From contig CAVQMO010000011.1 in assembly GCA_963713605.1 (NCBI GenBank), positions 1-23,185 of the forward strand: 23,185 nt of DNA, written 5' to 3'. The notes under the pieces are model-generated. The model saw only the letters and a list, made by a program, of their open reading frames with translations. It was not told the origin of the DNA and searched no databases. This document shows positions 19,761 to 23,185 of the stretch, piece after piece (position 1 is the stretch's first letter; every line of letters starts with the position of its first letter). Position numbers and translations under genes: made by a program. Source of the DNA: an uncultured Nitrososphaerales archaeon (lineage in GTDB: Archaea > Thermoproteota > Nitrososphaeria > Nitrososphaerales > Nitrososphaeraceae).

Positions 19761-19979
19761 ATGTCGGAGGAAAGAGAAGAAGGCTCTATTACGATAGGAG
19801 AGATGCATAAACCGTTGGAGGAAAAAGACTTAGGACCTACTTCGATTGATGTGATAGATGAACAGACTTCAATAGGGGAAGTACCGCTTGCAGAACTGCA
19901 AGTAGGAAATGTGCAAGAACAGAACAAACAAATAGAACAGGCACAACAGTATTTTCAGTATTTAAGTGTTGGTGTATAA
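19761..19979 (+). CDS. Small acidic hypothetical protein, possibly prematurely stopped
   Basis: 72-aa Glu/Gln-rich ATG ORF. The frame stays open for about 57 codons after the TAA. Confidence 0.5.
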   Translation: MSEEREEGSITIGEMHKPLEEKDLGPTSIDVIDEQTSIGEVPLAELQVGNVQEQNKQIEQAQQYFQYLSVGV

Positions 19980-20179
19980 CATACCGTACTACGCTATACT
20001 AACTTAGATGTATATGGATATGCTCATGTTGGATATACTTTATTCGGTGCTACTGAGCCCAACAATTCTCACTCGCTAAGTATGGTGCGGCGTGGTAAAA
20101 TATTCCTACTACTGATAAAGCTTCCACCAGTTCTAATTTCTATGGGCTAGTTTAAATAGCTAGAAGAATCTAAATGGAC

Positions 20180-20432
20180 TTACTTTAGAGGAGGCTTAAC
20201 AGACAGCGAACGAGCGGGGAAAAACTCGAAACCTGGCTCCTTCTTCTGCTTAAGTAGTTCTATCTCTTTCACTACTTGCGAGAGTTAATCGGAGAGAGCT
20301 GAAATGGCATCTGTATTCATTGCATCCCTTTGTCTTAGGGATTGATTAAGATCCTCTAATTCTGCAATTTTTCTTTGTATATCTGCACATTCAAAAACGT
20401 GAGGTATGGTTCAATCTTATTAAATATCGTTA
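20180..20432 (-). pseudogene. C-terminal remnant resembling Nitrososphaeraceae tyrosine integrase tails
   Basis: IFNKIEPYLTFL, a frameshift, then ADIQRKIAELEDLNQSLRQRDAMNTDAISALSD*LSQVVKEIELLKQ. Recognised from memory of the family. No catalytic residues are present. Confidence 0.5.
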
Positions 20433-20799
20433 AATAAGCTGCTTCTCCTTTACTATTTTCTGCAGAAACGGGGAATGGTTTATCCGTGTAATGGCTTATT
20501 GGCTTCTTGTCTATTGGTTCTAGCTTGTGATATCCGTTCCCTTTTACAATAGCATACTCTTTAACGCTTAGGGGTATCAGAAACAGATTATTATCTCTAA
20601 ATATTTTTGGCAAACTCTCAATAGTGTCCATCTTGGCCATTAATCGTGCGTCTATTCCTGATATTTGGCGGATAAGAGAAGGTGAAATACTTGTCATAGG
20701 TTGTTTTATATCTATGGATAGGCGGGCAATGATATCATCCCATTTTTCTATATTTCTACTTCTGTTTAAATTGCTATTGGCCGTACGCTTCCAACACAC
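20356..20799 (-). pseudogene. Truncated type II restriction endonuclease-like gene (DUF6997/DUF6996-like N-terminus)
   Basis: WDDII...DARLMAKMDTIESLPKIFRDNNLFLIPLSVKEYAIVKGNGYHKLE. It overlaps the MTase 3' end and has no nuclease domain before the junction near 20432. Confidence 0.65.
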
Positions 20800-21721
20800 T
20801 CCGGCTTAGCTGAAAGTTACGTATCAACAATTCTCTATGACCAACACGTCTTGAGGCATTTGAATTGATACTTCTTAAGACCTCGACTCTCTCTATCGTA
20901 TAATCGGAATCACTATACAATTTTCTAATTTTAGGAGTATCTGAATTGCTGAGTAGGACCTTACATTTCCTATTGGTAAGTATTCTGAAAATTTCTGCTA
21001 GTCTTTGTTGGTCTTCAGATTTAAATCCCGAGTTAGTATAACTCGTGAAATTTGCTGTGCTGCTCGTTGGATTGTATGGAGGGTCAAGATACACAAAATC
21101 GCCTCGCTCTGCATTTTCAAGCACATCTCTATAATCGCAAGCCTTGACTGCAACTCTTAATCTCTGCAATGCTAAACTCACGTTCCGCAGATTTTGGCTG
21201 TCACAAATAAGAGGATTGTTATAACGTCCTATTGGAACATTAAATTTGCCTTGAGAATTGACCCTATAAAGTCCATTATAGCATGTTTTATTAAGAAAAA
21301 TGAACCTTGCGGCTTGCTCTGTCCTATTCGTAACATACTTTTCAGCGTTATTTCGTATACCATAATAAAAAGCCGAACGTGTCTTCTTGAACTCTTTCTG
21401 ATAAGAGGAGAGGACTTGAATCAGAAGCTCAATATCCGTCTTAACAACTAGATAGGCATTGATTAATTCTGTATTTATATCTGTTAAAAATGCTTCAAAC
21501 TGATGATTTCTATTCGAATTCAGGTAAAAGAATAACGCGGCCCCTCCGAGGAAGGGTTCAAAGTAACGTTTGAAATCTGTTGGGATAAACTGGTGAATCT
21601 TACTTAATAACTGTGTTTTACCACCTGCCCATTTAACAAACGGAAAAGGGCGAATATAGCTGCTTCGCGGTAAATCCATACCCTGTTTATAGGAAAGGAA
21701 TTCACTATGGGGCAGTACCAC
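20774..21721 (-). CDS. Dam-family (D12 class) N6-adenine DNA methyltransferase
   Basis: PFVKWAGGK, YFEPFLGG, ARFIFLNKTCYNGLYRVN..G.FNVP.G, VYLDPPY, LSNS and ELLI motifs. The start may be GTG 21721 or a downstream ATG. Confidence 0.95.
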   Translation of the reverse strand: MVLPHSEFLSYKQGMDLPRSSYIRPFPFVKWAGGKTQLLSKIHQFIPTDFKRYFEPFLGGAALFFYLNSNRNHQFEAFLTDINTELINAYLVVKTDIELLIQVLSSYQKEFKKTRSAFYYGIRNNAEKYVTNRTEQAARFIFLNKTCYNGLYRVNSQGKFNVPIGRYNNPLICDSQNLRNVSLALQRLRVAVKACDYRDVLENAERGDFVYLDPPYNPTSSTANFTSYTNSGFKSEDQQRLAEIFRILTNRKCKVLLSNSDTPKIRKLYSDSDYTIERVEVLRSINSNASRRVGHRELLIRNFQLSRSVLEAYGQ

Positions 21722-21830
21722 TATGGTGAACTACCTCTACTAATTTATTAACCCTCTTCTTAAAAGATGAAGGCGCAACTGATATTAAACTTATAACCCT
21801 TATTTGTCAAATTTGTCCATCAGTTAACTA

Positions 21831-22485
21831 ATGAATAATGATATTCTAACAAATATCCCAACAAACAAATCAGAATGGAATATTGCCGTATTAAATCAGT
21901 TAATTAAACTAAGGAATATAGAAACTGATGCTTTCGACTTCAAAAGTGATTATAAAAAATTATCCCCACAGCTTTCTGCATTCGCCAATAACTCCTTTGG
22001 CCAGATGGTACTGGGAATAGAAGAAATCAAGAATCATGGAGTCCTCATTGGTTTCAAGAAGAAAGGATTTCCGGATGACGAGCTAGAGTCTATTAATATT
22101 GAAATAAGTAATGCTATGGTTAACGTGGATCCCGCACCAAGGGTAACTGTAAATACATTATATGAGGATAACAAGGTATCCAATAATTAAGATTGAGGCC
22201 GAGAATAGCAAGAAACCTTATTTTGAAAAGGAAATCGGTAGATGTTTTATCCATATTGGATCAGCTACCGTTCCTGCGAGCAAAACTGTAGTTCTAAACT
22301 TGTTCAGTGGTATTATGAGAAAGATTGAGAATGTGGAAAAACTTAAGGTTTCAGCAGAATTTTTAAAGGAAATGATAATGTATACCGGTGAAAAATTGGA
22401 AGTTGAAAATCATACTGATCGATTGAGCCGAATTACCCCTTTAGACCTAAGTTTGATTAAGGTTTTCTATGTCATAATGTCTTGA
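21831..22485 (+). pseudogene. Schlafen/AlbA_2-domain protein split by a frameshift near 22175
   Basis: ETDAFDFK...SAFANNSFGQMVLGIEE in the first ORF, and YPIIKIEAENSKKPYF...FIHIGSATVPA in overlapping ORF 22162..22485. Confidence 0.8.
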
Positions 22486-22626
22486 CCAATTAGGGCCGTT
22501 TAAATTTCTCATAATCTATATTATTTTTTTCTTCTATGGCATACCGATTTTCTAAAATGCTATATATATAGCGATTTATTTACAATAGTGGCTAAAGATT
22601 CTACAACTCTGGTAGTCTTTTCAAGC

Positions 22627-22666
22627 TAACACTTAAATGAAATCATAACACTTAAATGAAATCATA
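22627..22666. repeat. Perfect 19-bp tandem duplication
   Basis: TAACACTTAAATGAAATCA twice, followed by TA. Confidence 0.92.
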
Positions 22667-22682
22667 TAGGTAGCAATATTGT

Positions 22683-22912
22683 TTGAGAAACGGCTTCTCT
22701 GAATATGGTTATTTTCGTTATGTCGATTGCCCACTCTGCCGTGATGGTAAGCTGGTGTGAACTGGACAAAAACAGACAAGTTGATGATTCGATGCGAATT
22801 CTGTAAGACAATATTATTCGCAAATGCATATTCCTCTCAACAAAGACTGATGAATTTGCCAGAGTTTAATAACAATATGAAGGGATTTCACAACACATAT
22901 CGTTATTATTAA
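22683..22912 (+). pseudogene. Degenerate small zinc-ribbon protein gene
   Basis: From TTG 22683 it reads YVDCPLCRDGKLV*TGQK, then a shift in an A run gives TDKLMIRCEFCKTILFANAY. Two CxxC pairs. Confidence 0.45.
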
Positions 22913-23185
22913 TTTGTCATCCAATTGATGTTGTGATAATATACCTAGATTATTACCACTACGCCTGTACATACAGAGATGATTTGGACCAGACGTGGAT
23001 GTGTAAAACTGCTATCAATAGACCAGCATCTGATCCATTACGAGTAACTATCAGTGGTTCTTGGATTATAATTTACAGACGTAGATCATACTAATATTAT
23101 GGATCCATCTTCTATCAAAGAATGACAAGTGACATATATATTGTATTTACAGACAAACTGTAATGCAAAAAAGTAAGGAAATCAC

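Noticed and set aside
11965..20440. AGCT close to two chimeric junctions (ABM fusion and nuclease/integrase fusion)
   Set aside because: AGCT is very frequent in this window, so two cases carry no weight.
20624..21451. Plus-strand ORFs 20624..20809 and 21194..21451
   Set aside because: Antisense shadows of the nuclease remnant and the MTase.
22975..23160. Short recurring words (GACCAG, GATCCAT, TTTACAGAC) near the window end
   Set aside because: Too short and irregularly spaced to call a repeat array.

Overview
AT-rich archaeal DNA. The gene content points to a soil ammonia-oxidising archaeon (Nitrososphaeraceae): an HTH_45-type winged helix, sensor-kinase N-terminal domains ending in ...YSNSESTVLSYASIFENLW, a patatin, CHRD and ABM proteins, and TATA-like boxes about 30 bp before starts. 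This assignment is inferred from recalled family motifs, not from a search. The window is an accessory region in heavy decay. Apparently intact genes include an ABM monooxygenase, a wHTH plus secreted beta-helix pair, a prokaryotic Ku, an alpha/beta hydrolase and a Dam-family methyltransferase. Between them lie about 20 frameshifted, truncated or chimeric gene pieces. The ORF track misses several signals: two dispersed 3' gene ends encoding a C-terminal PCNA-binding PIP box (QTNLSDF[I/L]*) that differ only at silent sites; a 143-codon in-frame chimera of a low-complexity segment and an ABM paralog carrying two compensating frameshifts; a 76-bp TA-flanked perfect inverted-repeat element upstream of ku; a restriction-nuclease gene cut off by fusion to an integrase-like tail; and a HiPIP-like gene. 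No rRNA, tRNA, CRISPR array or intact transposase was seen, and no complete novel multi-gene system could be supported.
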